DNA of 48,332 nt. It comes from an uncultured Bacteroidota bacterium (GTDB lineage Bacteria; Bacteroidota; Bacteroidia; Chitinophagales; LD1). Shown in pieces: positions 1 to 8,752 of this stretch. A program made the position numbers and the translations under genes. Each line of letters opens with the position of its first letter. The stretch's first letter is position 1. The notes under the pieces are model-generated. The model was not told the origin of the DNA. It saw nothing but the letters and a program-made list of their open reading frames with translations, and ran no database searches. Location of the stretch: assembly GCA_903917755.1 (NCBI GenBank), contig CAIXBT010000167.1, forward strand, positions 1 through 48,332, written 5' to 3'.

Positions 1-96
1 CCTTTATACCAAATCCATGGTATAATAAACTTTGCATTCCCATATCTCTAAATTAAAATATTTCTATTTTCCAGGTATGCATTATTACGATGAACC
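1..96 (-). mobile_element. Probable left end of an ISL3-family insertion sequence (terminal IR plus transposase N-terminus, running off the window)
   Basis: The minus strand from ATG at 43 reads MGMQSLLYHGFGIK, resembling the ISL3 transposase N-terminal pattern (MSTSLLYHxFGI). It is preceded by GGTTCATCGTAATAATGC starting at 96, like ISL3 GG-start terminal IRs, next to an A-rich flank. Only 14 codons are visible. Confidence 0.55.
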
Positions 97-144
97 AAAA
101 AATCATAAAGTTTATTTAGTGTACCCTAGGCAAATCTTGTACGG

Positions 145-1725
145 TTATATACCAGCCTCTGGATTGATCACTTCTGTTCTTTGCGGCTTTTTTTGTTTAA
201 AATACTCTACAAGCTTTCTTTCCACACGGTTTTCGTATCTGTTTGATAGGATACTGCGCACCATCCTCCCAAAGCGAATGGGCCGAAAGAGATAGTTCGA
301 GCTTAGAAAGGTCAAATTAGTTAGGAGTTCATAGAGCTTATACCAAGGTTCTGAAATCAGGTCGGTATAATATTTACCCTTCCCGTCTGAATGGAGGAAT
401 ACCAATTCCAGAAAGAAATCGTCATTCGATAAATCGATCCTCTTTTCATCTACCAGTTTGTCAAATAATACACTGCCGGGATAGGGATGGAAGCGCGATT
501 GCGTGATATCATTTACACCAGCCCAGCTGCACTGTATCAGGAACCATATCGTTCGCCATACATCTGCATGTGTTTCGCCCGGCAGTCCGATGATCATGTT
601 CAGGTTTATATATATTTTTTCTTTATGAGAGCTTCGCATCGACTTGAGCATGTTAGGCACCTTCACTTTTTTACGGATCAATTTGAGCAATGAAGGCGAA
701 CCCGTTTCGGGTGCATAGGTCACCTGACGGCAGCCTGACAGGTAGAGATTGCGTGCTACTTCCGAATCAATCACTTCCGATCTAGTTCCCACAGGCAATT
801 CCCAGATAACATTCAACTTTCTATTTATGATCTCTCGAGTAAAGGTCATTATCCATTCTTTTTTAAGAATGGCTGTAAGATCGTAAAAATCAAAACTCGT
901 GATGCCGTATGTCTGCATCATGTATTCCATCTCATTGATAATGTGAATAGGATTCCGCATATAATAACGGGTGCCCCACATCTGAGGGCTTGAGCAGAAA
1001 GTGCATGAATAAGGGCACCCCCTTGTGGCCAGTAGCGGGATTGATTTTTGGTTAGTATTGCCCCATCGTACTTCATATTTATGGTAATTTTCCATCGGGA
1101 AATATTCCCAAGCGGGCAATGGCATGTCATCCATATTTTTCACCCTCGTACGTCGTTTTGTTACAACTGCCTTACCGCTTTCACTATCTCGGTAGGCAAT
1201 TCCGTCTATATCCTTAAAATCTCCATGCTTTTCGATTGCCGCCAATAGGTCAACTATCGTTTCTTCTCCTTCGCCAAGCACACAAACATCAAGGTGTTTA
1301 GTTTGCTTCAGGCCTAATTCTGCCATGGCTGTAATACTCTCACCGCCAGCAACTATCAATGCCTGCGGAAACCGCTCACCTAAAAAATCAATCAGGTAGC
1401 GATCAAAAAGCCAATTGTTCGAAAACATTGCAGAAATGCCAATGATCTGCACGTCGACAGGAATTTTATTTGCTATTTCAATAGCGCTTAGTCCATTAAC
1501 ATATAACCTGTTGAGCGGCAATTGAACTTTAATGTCTAGGTGTATATCACCTATTGGATGGTAAGCCATTGGGCTTTCACCTATCGCGTCGATTACAGAT
1601 ACAGTGTGTCCAGCTTGTTTTAATGCCCCAGCAATAAATGCGAGGCCCAGAGCAGGAGTGTTATTGATTACAACCGATTCTTCTTTATCTCTGCACCGTG
1701 ATGGACGGATTAAACAAACATTCAT
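145..1725 (-). CDS. Cobalamin (B12)-binding radical SAM enzyme (class B methylase-like), paralog group A
   Basis: N-terminal Rossmann-like B12 domain (PALGLAFIAGAL...IGIS...AGGE...GEGEET), TRGCPYSCTFC CxxxCxxC motif, YAPETG, PYPGS. Confidence 0.92.
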   Translation of the reverse strand: MNVCLIRPSRCRDKEESVVINNTPALGLAFIAGALKQAGHTVSVIDAIGESPMAYHPIGDIHLDIKVQLPLNRLYVNGLSAIEIANKIPVDVQIIGISAMFSNNWLFDRYLIDFLGERFPQALIVAGGESITAMAELGLKQTKHLDVCVLGEGEETIVDLLAAIEKHGDFKDIDGIAYRDSESGKAVVTKRRTRVKNMDDMPLPAWEYFPMENYHKYEVRWGNTNQKSIPLLATRGCPYSCTFCSSPQMWGTRYYMRNPIHIINEMEYMMQTYGITSFDFYDLTAILKKEWIMTFTREIINRKLNVIWELPVGTRSEVIDSEVARNLYLSGCRQVTYAPETGSPSLLKLIRKKVKVPNMLKSMRSSHKEKIYINLNMIIGLPGETHADVWRTIWFLIQCSWAGVNDITQSRFHPYPGSVLFDKLVDEKRIDLSNDDFFLELVFLHSDGKGKYYTDLISEPWYKLYELLTNLTFLSSNYLFRPIRFGRMVRSILSNRYENRVERKLVEYFKQKKPQRTEVINPEAGI

Positions 1726-1779
1726 GATGTCATTTTTATATCAGCGTATTACACAACTCTTATTATAAACTCAGTTTCT

Positions 1780-1787
1780 CAAAGTTA
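1780..1787 (-). promoter_or_regulatory. Bacteroidota-type -7 promoter element (TAACTTTG)
   Basis: Exact TAnnTTTG match on the minus strand about 55 nt upstream of the 1725 start; the near-identical 16-mer recurs at 3524-3539. Confidence 0.6.
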
Positions 1788-1891
1788 GCAAATAAATAAG
1801 AAAAGCAATATCAACTCTTACATAGAATTATGCTCATGTATGATGAAAATTCCTCGTGTTAAATCATGAGTTTGTTGAGATCATCAACTAA

Positions 1892-3469
1892 TCATACCTG
1901 AGGCTCCAGCCTTTTTGATTTAAAACTTAGCTTTTCTGATTTTTGATTCAGATATTCTACTAAACTTCTTTCGGCCCTGTTTTCATAATTGCGTGTGATA
2001 AGGTTCCGCAATGTCTTGAAGAAACGTAAGGGCCTAAATAAATAATTAGTACCAAAAAAGACAACTACGGAAAACAACTCGTAAAAATTATACCAGCCGG
2101 TAGAAATCAGGTCATTATAATATTTATTCTTGCCAAAAGAGTCTATAAAGATCAGTTCAAAAAAGAAATCATCAGTAGAAAGATCAATCTTCTTTTCTTT
2201 AACTAATCTATCGAATAATGCGCTGCCAGGATATGGCTGGAATACTGACGGACTGATATCATTCACCCCAACCCAACTGCATTGGATCAGGAACCAAATA
2301 GTGCGCCATACATCTGCATGTGTTTCGTCCGGCATGGCCATGATCATATTTATGTATACAAACATTTTTTCTTCGTGAGAACTTCTCATGGACTGAAGCA
2401 TGTTTGAGATCTTAACCTTCTTTTTGATCAGTTTAAGCATTTTAGGTGATCCTGATTCGGGAGCATAAACTATGTGTCGGCATCCTGATAAATATAAATT
2501 ATGCGTTACTTCCGAATCGATCACTTCAGATCGCGTTCCGACCGGCAACTGCCAGGTTATGTCTAATTTTCTTTTTATTATTTCATTGGTAAATGCAATT
2601 ATCCAGGTTTTCTTTATGATGGCAGTAAGATCATAAAAATCAAAATTAGTGGCCCCATATTTGGCCTTCATGTATTCCATCTCATTCACCACACTCTCCG
2701 GATCACGCATATAATATCGGGTACCCCACATTTGAGGGCTACTGCAAAAAGTGCAAGAATAAGGACAGCCTCGGGTAGCCATTATCGGAATAGACCTTTG
2801 CTTGGTCACCCCCCATTTGATGTCATATTTTTCATAATTATCCATAGGGAAATACTCCCAGGCCGGCATGGCAATTTCCTCCATGTTTTTCATTCTAGTA
2901 CGCCGACTGGTGAAAACAGCTTTTCCGGTTTCCGGATCGCGAAACGCGAGACCATTCACTTGGTCAAATCTTTCTTTTTTTTCTATTGCAGATATTAGTT
3001 CTACAATGGTTTCCTCTCCTTCGCCCAATATACAGGCATCCAGATGTATTGTTTGATCTATGGCCATTTCTGCCATAGCTGTAATACTTTCGCCTCCAGC
3101 TACGATCACTGCCTGCTGAAAACGCTCACCCAAAAAATCAATTAAATAGCGATCAAATAACCAATTATTGGAGAACATGGCAGAAATGCCAATCACATCA
3201 ACTGAATTAGGAATTCTGTCAGCTATTCCTGCGGCGCTCAATCCATTAGTAAATATTCTATTGGCAGGCAGGTTTGCCTTAACGTTCAGCTCAAAACTGA
3301 TTGGATTAAATTCTTTTGGGCTTTCGCCGATAGCATCAATAACCGACACATTGTGCCCAGCCTGCTTCAATGCTCCTGCAATAAAAGCCAAACCTAAGGC
3401 AGGTGTATTAGTAATATTTATAGCGTCTTTATCTAAAAACCTAGGAGGACGTATAAGGACAATATTCAT
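1892..3469 (-). CDS. Cobalamin-binding radical SAM enzyme, paralog group A (tandem duplicate of 145..1725)
   Basis: TRGCPYSCTFCSSPQMWG; long identical stretches with the neighbour, e.g. GISAMFSNNWLFDRYLIDFLGERF and ETHADVWRTIWFLIQCSW. Confidence 0.92.
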   Translation of the reverse strand: MNIVLIRPPRFLDKDAINITNTPALGLAFIAGALKQAGHNVSVIDAIGESPKEFNPISFELNVKANLPANRIFTNGLSAAGIADRIPNSVDVIGISAMFSNNWLFDRYLIDFLGERFQQAVIVAGGESITAMAEMAIDQTIHLDACILGEGEETIVELISAIEKKERFDQVNGLAFRDPETGKAVFTSRRTRMKNMEEIAMPAWEYFPMDNYEKYDIKWGVTKQRSIPIMATRGCPYSCTFCSSPQMWGTRYYMRDPESVVNEMEYMKAKYGATNFDFYDLTAIIKKTWIIAFTNEIIKRKLDITWQLPVGTRSEVIDSEVTHNLYLSGCRHIVYAPESGSPKMLKLIKKKVKISNMLQSMRSSHEEKMFVYINMIMAMPDETHADVWRTIWFLIQCSWVGVNDISPSVFQPYPGSALFDRLVKEKKIDLSTDDFFFELIFIDSFGKNKYYNDLISTGWYNFYELFSVVVFFGTNYLFRPLRFFKTLRNLITRNYENRAERSLVEYLNQKSEKLSFKSKRLEPQV

Positions 3470-3523
3470 AATATGGTATCTAAGATAATCAATTAGAAAA
3501 AAATATCCAATCTAGTCATTTAA

Positions 3524-3531
3524 CAAAGTTA
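3524..3531 (-). promoter_or_regulatory. Bacteroidota-type -7 promoter element (TAACTTTG)
   Basis: TAnnTTTG match on the minus strand about 55 nt upstream of the 3469 start. Confidence 0.6.
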
Positions 3532-3585
3532 GTAAATAATTGGCCACCCCATGAGTCAAAATTCCCCCAAATTTCGAATGGCATT

Positions 3586-5184
3586 TCAAGCAACCTTAGA
3601 CTGGACAGTATCCGGAGGGGATTGATAGTGGCCAAATTCAACCGGGGTGACGACCTTGGTCGCTACGACATTGGTGATGCCTATCTTGCGCAGAAAAAAT
3701 TTCTTTAGATGAAAGAAATTATGAAAAGCGTATGTTTTAAATTCCGGGTTTTGCATCATAAAACCTGTGATAAGATCACAGAACATGGCTAATGGACGAA
3801 CCAAAAATCCAGGTATCCTTTGGATATGCTCGGGACGTATTTTCTTTTTGATCGAGTCGGGCAAAACAGGCATGATCCTGAATATCACCTCATAAGATTG
3901 ATAAAGGCGCATGAGCTTATCATCTTTGATATTCTCTGTATTTCTGAAAAAGAAGAAATCTTCTCCCTCGTTGATCTTTCGCTCCTGCTCTTCAGTGATC
4001 CTCTTTTTTGCTATCGCATCATTCATCATTTCTGTACCCGGCAGAAAGCAGGTCCAGAAGGTCTGAATTCGTTTTGTGCCGTGATTTGCATACAGGGCTC
4101 TGGCATTTTCCTGAGCGCTTATCGGTTCGTCAGGCAGACCAAACATATGGTCGACCTTCACATTCATTTTATACTTGTTCATAGCATCAATGGCTGCGCT
4201 CACATCCTCACTGCGCTCATATCTAAGCAGGTTTCCTTTTTTAAAATTCTCGTCCATTGACTGCACCCCCATCTGCACCCATTCACAGCCGGAATTGCTA
4301 AGCCATTTTGCTATATCGTCATCCATATAGCGTGGATGTGTCAATATTTGATAAGGCTTGTTTATTTCCTTCTTGTAGAGATAGAGAAAATCCTGCAGCC
4401 ATTTTTTGCTGGTCGTAAAAACATCATCCTGAAAATCCACCACTTTGATGTTATACCTTTTCTGAGCGATCTTAAGCTCTGCGATCATGTGTTCCGGGCT
4501 TCTCAGGCGAACATATTTTCCCGATTTTTCTTCAGGCAGTTTTGCGAAAAAGTTATTAAAACAAAAAGAGCAGCGATATGGGCATCCGCGTGAGGCCATG
4601 GTCAGATATAGATCACCCAGTCGGACATTCTCCTCCCACAGCGGCTTATCATAGAAAGGCAAAGAGTCGAGATCCTGAATAAAACCGGCTTGTATTCCCT
4701 GGATTATCAATCCATCTTTGGTTTTATATTTTGTGTTAGGTATCGGCTTATTGTAATTGGGGTCATTTATAGACTCTATGATCTGCGGGAAAGCCACATC
4801 ACCCTCGCCCACTACTACATAGTCGATAACCGGGCGCTTCAAAAGCAAGTGGGGTACTGCTGAAGCATGTACTCCCCCGAAAACTGTCTTTACATTGGGG
4901 TTGATCTCTTTGGCCCGGGATGCTATATCAAGTGCCCACTGATAGGTAGATGTAAGCGGTGAAAAAGCCAACAGGTCCGGTTGCTGCTTTTCGATAGACT
5001 TCATCACCTCATTGGTATCATCAAAAAACGAGGAGATACTTGGCATTTCGAGATTGAACCGGTCATGGAAAAGCGAAGCCGAAAAGGCCAGACCCACTGA
5101 ATGACCCCTCGATTTTGCGATGGCAGAGAGCATACTTATGCCTAGCTGTTCGGTGCCTAATGCTGCAAAAGTTACTTTAGCCAT
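3586..5184 (-). CDS. Cobalamin-binding radical SAM enzyme (distinct subfamily)
   Basis: QLGISMLSA...FGGVHAS...GEGD B12 domain; SRGCPYRCSFC; FQDDVF; MGVQS. Confidence 0.9.
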   Translation of the reverse strand: MAKVTFAALGTEQLGISMLSAIAKSRGHSVGLAFSASLFHDRFNLEMPSISSFFDDTNEVMKSIEKQQPDLLAFSPLTSTYQWALDIASRAKEINPNVKTVFGGVHASAVPHLLLKRPVIDYVVVGEGDVAFPQIIESINDPNYNKPIPNTKYKTKDGLIIQGIQAGFIQDLDSLPFYDKPLWEENVRLGDLYLTMASRGCPYRCSFCFNNFFAKLPEEKSGKYVRLRSPEHMIAELKIAQKRYNIKVVDFQDDVFTTSKKWLQDFLYLYKKEINKPYQILTHPRYMDDDIAKWLSNSGCEWVQMGVQSMDENFKKGNLLRYERSEDVSAAIDAMNKYKMNVKVDHMFGLPDEPISAQENARALYANHGTKRIQTFWTCFLPGTEMMNDAIAKKRITEEQERKINEGEDFFFFRNTENIKDDKLMRLYQSYEVIFRIMPVLPDSIKKKIRPEHIQRIPGFLVRPLAMFCDLITGFMMQNPEFKTYAFHNFFHLKKFFLRKIGITNVVATKVVTPVEFGHYQSPPDTVQSKVA

Positions 5185-5321
5185 TCTGCCTTGATATTAA
5201 ACATTCTCAGACCAGTGTCCATAATTGAACCATGAATATAGTAAGATCTTATGATATAAATCAGGTGGTCAATGAAATAAACAAAAAACAAACATACAAA
5301 ATTGAGTCCTCTCAAAACAAT

Positions 5322-5341
5322 ACACCGGGCAATACCGGTGT
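5322..5341. repeat. Perfect 7-bp inverted repeat (ACACCGG-N6-CCGGTGT) in a divergent promoter region
   Basis: Seen directly; a GC-rich palindrome in otherwise AT-rich intergenic DNA, function unknown. Confidence 0.5.
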
Positions 5342-5479
5342 GCTAAATTTTGTCGGTAACTTTATAATATAGTTTTTATTGCAAGCATAAAAGTAACAAT
5401 GTGTTCTATCTACTTTGATTAAAAAATTTACTTATTCTTAGCTACATTCACGATTATTTTGCACTGAAGTGACAGTCTC

Positions 5480-6886
5480 ATGAATGTAGTCTTTCTTAAT
5501 CCCCCCCATGATACACGTATACAGCGTCGATTCATGTGCAGTTATAATGCGGCCAATATACTTTTGCCGCCTCAGGAGTTGATTGCATTGGGAGGGGTCT
5601 TGAGGTCTTTTGACAAATGCAAAACATTTCTGATCGACTCTATAGCCAGCCAGTTAAACACCCGGGCTACCATTGATAAACTCGTTTCGCTGAAACCTGA
5701 CATCATAGTGGCCATTCATGGCTTCGAATGTTTTGAAGAAGACATGAATGTCCTGGAAGAAATAAAGCAAACCATCCCTCAGTCCACGGTCATATTATTC
5801 GGACATTATGCCAGCATATTTCCGGAGGAAATACTCAAAAAAACAAGTATTGACATCATCATACTCGGAGAACCGGACAATATATTTGAATCCCTGATAG
5901 CGACCCTGCTCGAAAACAAAGACCTCGCAGGAGTGAGCGGGATCGCATATAAAGTGCAAGGGAATATCGTCGTCCAAAAAGGTGATGAACGTATCACACA
6001 TCCTGAGCTTCTGCCAATGCCGGCATATGAACTCCTTAACCCCGAAGAATATTTTGAGCCATTTCTCAAACCCCCATTCGGGCTCATTCAGAGTGCGCGT
6101 GGCTGTCCATACAGCTGCAATTACTGTGTTAGAAGTTTTGGCAAAAGACTCACATATCGGACCACCGACCAGATCATAGATGAGATCCTCTTTATGAAGG
6201 AAAAATTCGGCATACGGTCATTGCGATTCATTGATGATACTTTCACCGTACATACCAAGCGTGTCATAGAGATCTGTCAAAAGCTGATAGATCTGAAGAT
6301 CGGGATCGAATGGACCTGTCTGAGCCGGATAGATACGCTGCGCGAAGAAATGATCCCATGGATGAAAAAAGCAGGATGCAAGCGTATTTATTTTGGTGTG
6401 GAAAGCGGAAGCGCTAAAGTGCTGCATTATTTAAATAAAGATACTGACCTCGGTCAGGCCATCACTACATTGCATACTTGCAAAAAATACGGTATTGAAA
6501 CCTTAGGTTTCTTTCTGGTGGGTACTCCGGGCGAGGAGCAGGAGGACTTTAATGCCAGTGTCAATTTTGCGATCCAAGCTGATTTTGATTACATCATTGC
6601 CGGCGAACTAATACCATACCCCGGTACCGAGCTATATGAAAAATTCAAGGAGCAGGTTGATTTCTCGCTTTTCCCATATAAGAATGAGTGGAAGGACCCG
6701 TCCATTAAAGTCAAAAACGGCGAGAAGGAAAAGGAATTTTACAGAAGGTTTTACTATCGAAAGAAATACATAGTTAAGAGTGCTCAAAAGATGATCGAAC
6801 ATCCCTGGGAGTATCTGGATAATTTCAGAAAGCTATCGAGTTTCATGATGACCTCGCAGAAAAGTAAGCGCCAGGATTATATTTAA
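5480..6886 (+). CDS. Cobalamin-binding radical SAM enzyme
   Basis: MNVVFLNPP...PPQELIALGG B12 domain, ARGCPYSCNYC, FIDDTF, FGVESGS, PYPGT. Confidence 0.9.
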   Translation: MNVVFLNPPHDTRIQRRFMCSYNAANILLPPQELIALGGVLRSFDKCKTFLIDSIASQLNTRATIDKLVSLKPDIIVAIHGFECFEEDMNVLEEIKQTIPQSTVILFGHYASIFPEEILKKTSIDIIILGEPDNIFESLIATLLENKDLAGVSGIAYKVQGNIVVQKGDERITHPELLPMPAYELLNPEEYFEPFLKPPFGLIQSARGCPYSCNYCVRSFGKRLTYRTTDQIIDEILFMKEKFGIRSLRFIDDTFTVHTKRVIEICQKLIDLKIGIEWTCLSRIDTLREEMIPWMKKAGCKRIYFGVESGSAKVLHYLNKDTDLGQAITTLHTCKKYGIETLGFFLVGTPGEEQEDFNASVNFAIQADFDYIIAGELIPYPGTELYEKFKEQVDFSLFPYKNEWKDPSIKVKNGEKEKEFYRRFYYRKKYIVKSAQKMIEHPWEYLDNFRKLSSFMMTSQKSKRQDYI

Positions 6887-6929
6887 ATTTATTTCCGGTA
6901 TGAGTCTATCAGCTCTACTTCGGATTATT

Positions 6930-7835
6930 TTAAGAAGCTTTATTCAGTACAGCTCGGATCCTGCCCATGAAGGATAGCTCAGGTCCGAATCCCGCATTTT
7001 CCTTCAGCTTTTCCAATTTTTTTGTAAGCTTTTCTTTTTCTATAATAGGGTTTTCAAATTTTTCTGTTGCGAAAAGTTTACCCAATACCGGTTTTTCGAA
7101 AATACTGGTCGCGAAATTTTCAAATCGCAATAAGAAATCTTCAGGCATCTCAAATTTTTCAAGTTGTCCCTCCGGTGACTTATAATGAAAGATCATTGGA
7201 GCCTCTTTGGTTTTCACTCCAGCGGTAATAGCTTTGCGAATCCGAACTGAATGATTCGGGGTGGAATAATGAATGACGCTCTGATTTAAGATGATAGCCT
7301 CTCCAGCCTTGACATAGACCGGTATACAGCTATCTATAACATCCTTTTCGCTGCCGGTAAAAAAAAAGGGAATAGTAGGAGACCGCAAAGAGGCGATCTT
7401 TGAGTAATGGCTGCCCGGCAATACATGCAGCGCGCCATTTTCTTTATTTACATCTATCAGGGGTATCCAGCAATTTAGCGCTACAAATTTTTCCTCATCT
7501 ACGATAGTCCAATCCTGATGTACACCAAGTTCATTATTCTTCGATGGCATTTTATAGAGAAAGGAAGCCCCAAACGTCTGATAGTTTATAAACAATCGTT
7601 CGAAATGTTTAGTCAGTATAGCCACTATCCTATCGCTGGCATTTTTTTTGAAGTCAAAATCATTTGAATAACTATCTGATACAAAGCCCCTGTCATCGGG
7701 CAGTACCGGATGTATCTCGTCAAAAAGATCATTGAGCTGAGTCACTTCTGTTTCGTCCAAAAACTTTGCTACAAGAAACCCTTGTTTATCAAATTTGGCC
7801 TGTTGGACAGGGTCTTTAAAAATAGAAGGAGCCAT
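6930..7835 (-). CDS. PhyH-family Fe(II)/2OG dioxygenase
   Basis: HQD...H(YS)...R facial-triad and 2OG motifs, WIPL-D, ENGAL-VLPGSH. Start moved to ATG 7835 (MAPSIFKD) to match paralog N-termini and avoid overlap. Confidence 0.88.
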   Translation of the reverse strand: MAPSIFKDPVQQAKFDKQGFLVAKFLDETEVTQLNDLFDEIHPVLPDDRGFVSDSYSNDFDFKKNASDRIVAILTKHFERLFINYQTFGASFLYKMPSKNNELGVHQDWTIVDEEKFVALNCWIPLIDVNKENGALHVLPGSHYSKIASLRSPTIPFFFTGSEKDVIDSCIPVYVKAGEAIILNQSVIHYSTPNHSVRIRKAITAGVKTKEAPMIFHYKSPEGQLEKFEMPEDFLLRFENFATSIFEKPVLGKLFATEKFENPIIEKEKLTKKLEKLKENAGFGPELSFMGRIRAVLNKAS

Positions 7836-7839
7836 ATAG

Positions 7840-8730
7840 CTAGTTGATCCCGAAGAATTGTAAAAATTTTTTGACGCCTTTCGGTTTGAGTGACCCATAT
7901 TTCTTTTCGAGCAGAGCGGCATCGATCTTTGGAAAATCATAATCCACCAGGCCTAGGCTCTTTCCTATCTTAGGGCGATCAGAGATATTCTGGCCAAACT
8001 GATCGAAATTTGTCATGAATTTATCATCCTGCTCAAAGATCTCGACCTTGCTGCCATAGTCTTTTTCCCAATAGCAGGTCTGAAACGTAGCATCCTTATG
8101 AGTAAAATAAGTATTGGTCACTATTCTCGGTCTGCCCGATCGGTTTGCCTCAGAGTAATGAATAATACTCTGATCAAATATTACTGCCTCGCCTGCTTTA
8201 GGATAGACTTTTATCAAATACTTTTTGATCTCATCATTGCACTCTTCATAGATCCCGCAGATAGACGAGCCTCTGTATGACGGGTAGATCCTATGGCTAC
8301 CCGGCAAGACCTGCAGTGTACCATTCTCATCATTCAGGTCGAGAAGCGGGACCCAGATATTAATACCTGTATATTTTGATTCGTCGACCAGTGTCATGTC
8401 CTGATGCACACACATTGCACTCTCAGGCATAGACTGCTTGACTATGAAACTGCCACAAATGACCTTGATGTCCTGCAGGTATTTCTCTACGGATCTGCTG
8501 CATACTGCCCGTATTTGTGTATCGGCCTGCGTTCTGTAGTTTTTGTCCTGAGAGAAAGTGCTGGGGAAGAATCCTTCACTAACCTTAGGCTGAATCGTAT
8601 CATATAGTGAAAGCAGTGCCGATATCTCTTCTGCATTATAGAATGGCAATATGATATAGCCGTCTCGCTCAAACTGCTCCTGATGGGCAATATCACGAAA
8701 AACTTTTGTCATTTTAGGAAATTCATACAT
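7840..8730 (-). CDS. PhyH-family Fe(II)/2OG dioxygenase
   Basis: FERDGY, HQDM, WVPLLD, NGTLQVLPGSH, IIHYS, R. Confidence 0.88.
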   Translation of the reverse strand: MYEFPKMTKVFRDIAHQEQFERDGYIILPFYNAEEISALLSLYDTIQPKVSEGFFPSTFSQDKNYRTQADTQIRAVCSRSVEKYLQDIKVICGSFIVKQSMPESAMCVHQDMTLVDESKYTGINIWVPLLDLNDENGTLQVLPGSHRIYPSYRGSSICGIYEECNDEIKKYLIKVYPKAGEAVIFDQSIIHYSEANRSGRPRIVTNTYFTHKDATFQTCYWEKDYGSKVEIFEQDDKFMTNFDQFGQNISDRPKIGKSLGLVDYDFPKIDAALLEKKYGSLKPKGVKKFLQFFGIN

Positions 8731-8752
8731 ATTGCTATAATTCTTATTCCTT

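Noticed and set aside
7836-7940. Longest-ORF starts for several genes (7940, 11639, 18225, 19763, 27514, 35408, 39914)
   Set aside because: The extensions overlap neighbours or regulatory DNA and do not match paralog or family N-termini, so downstream starts were used
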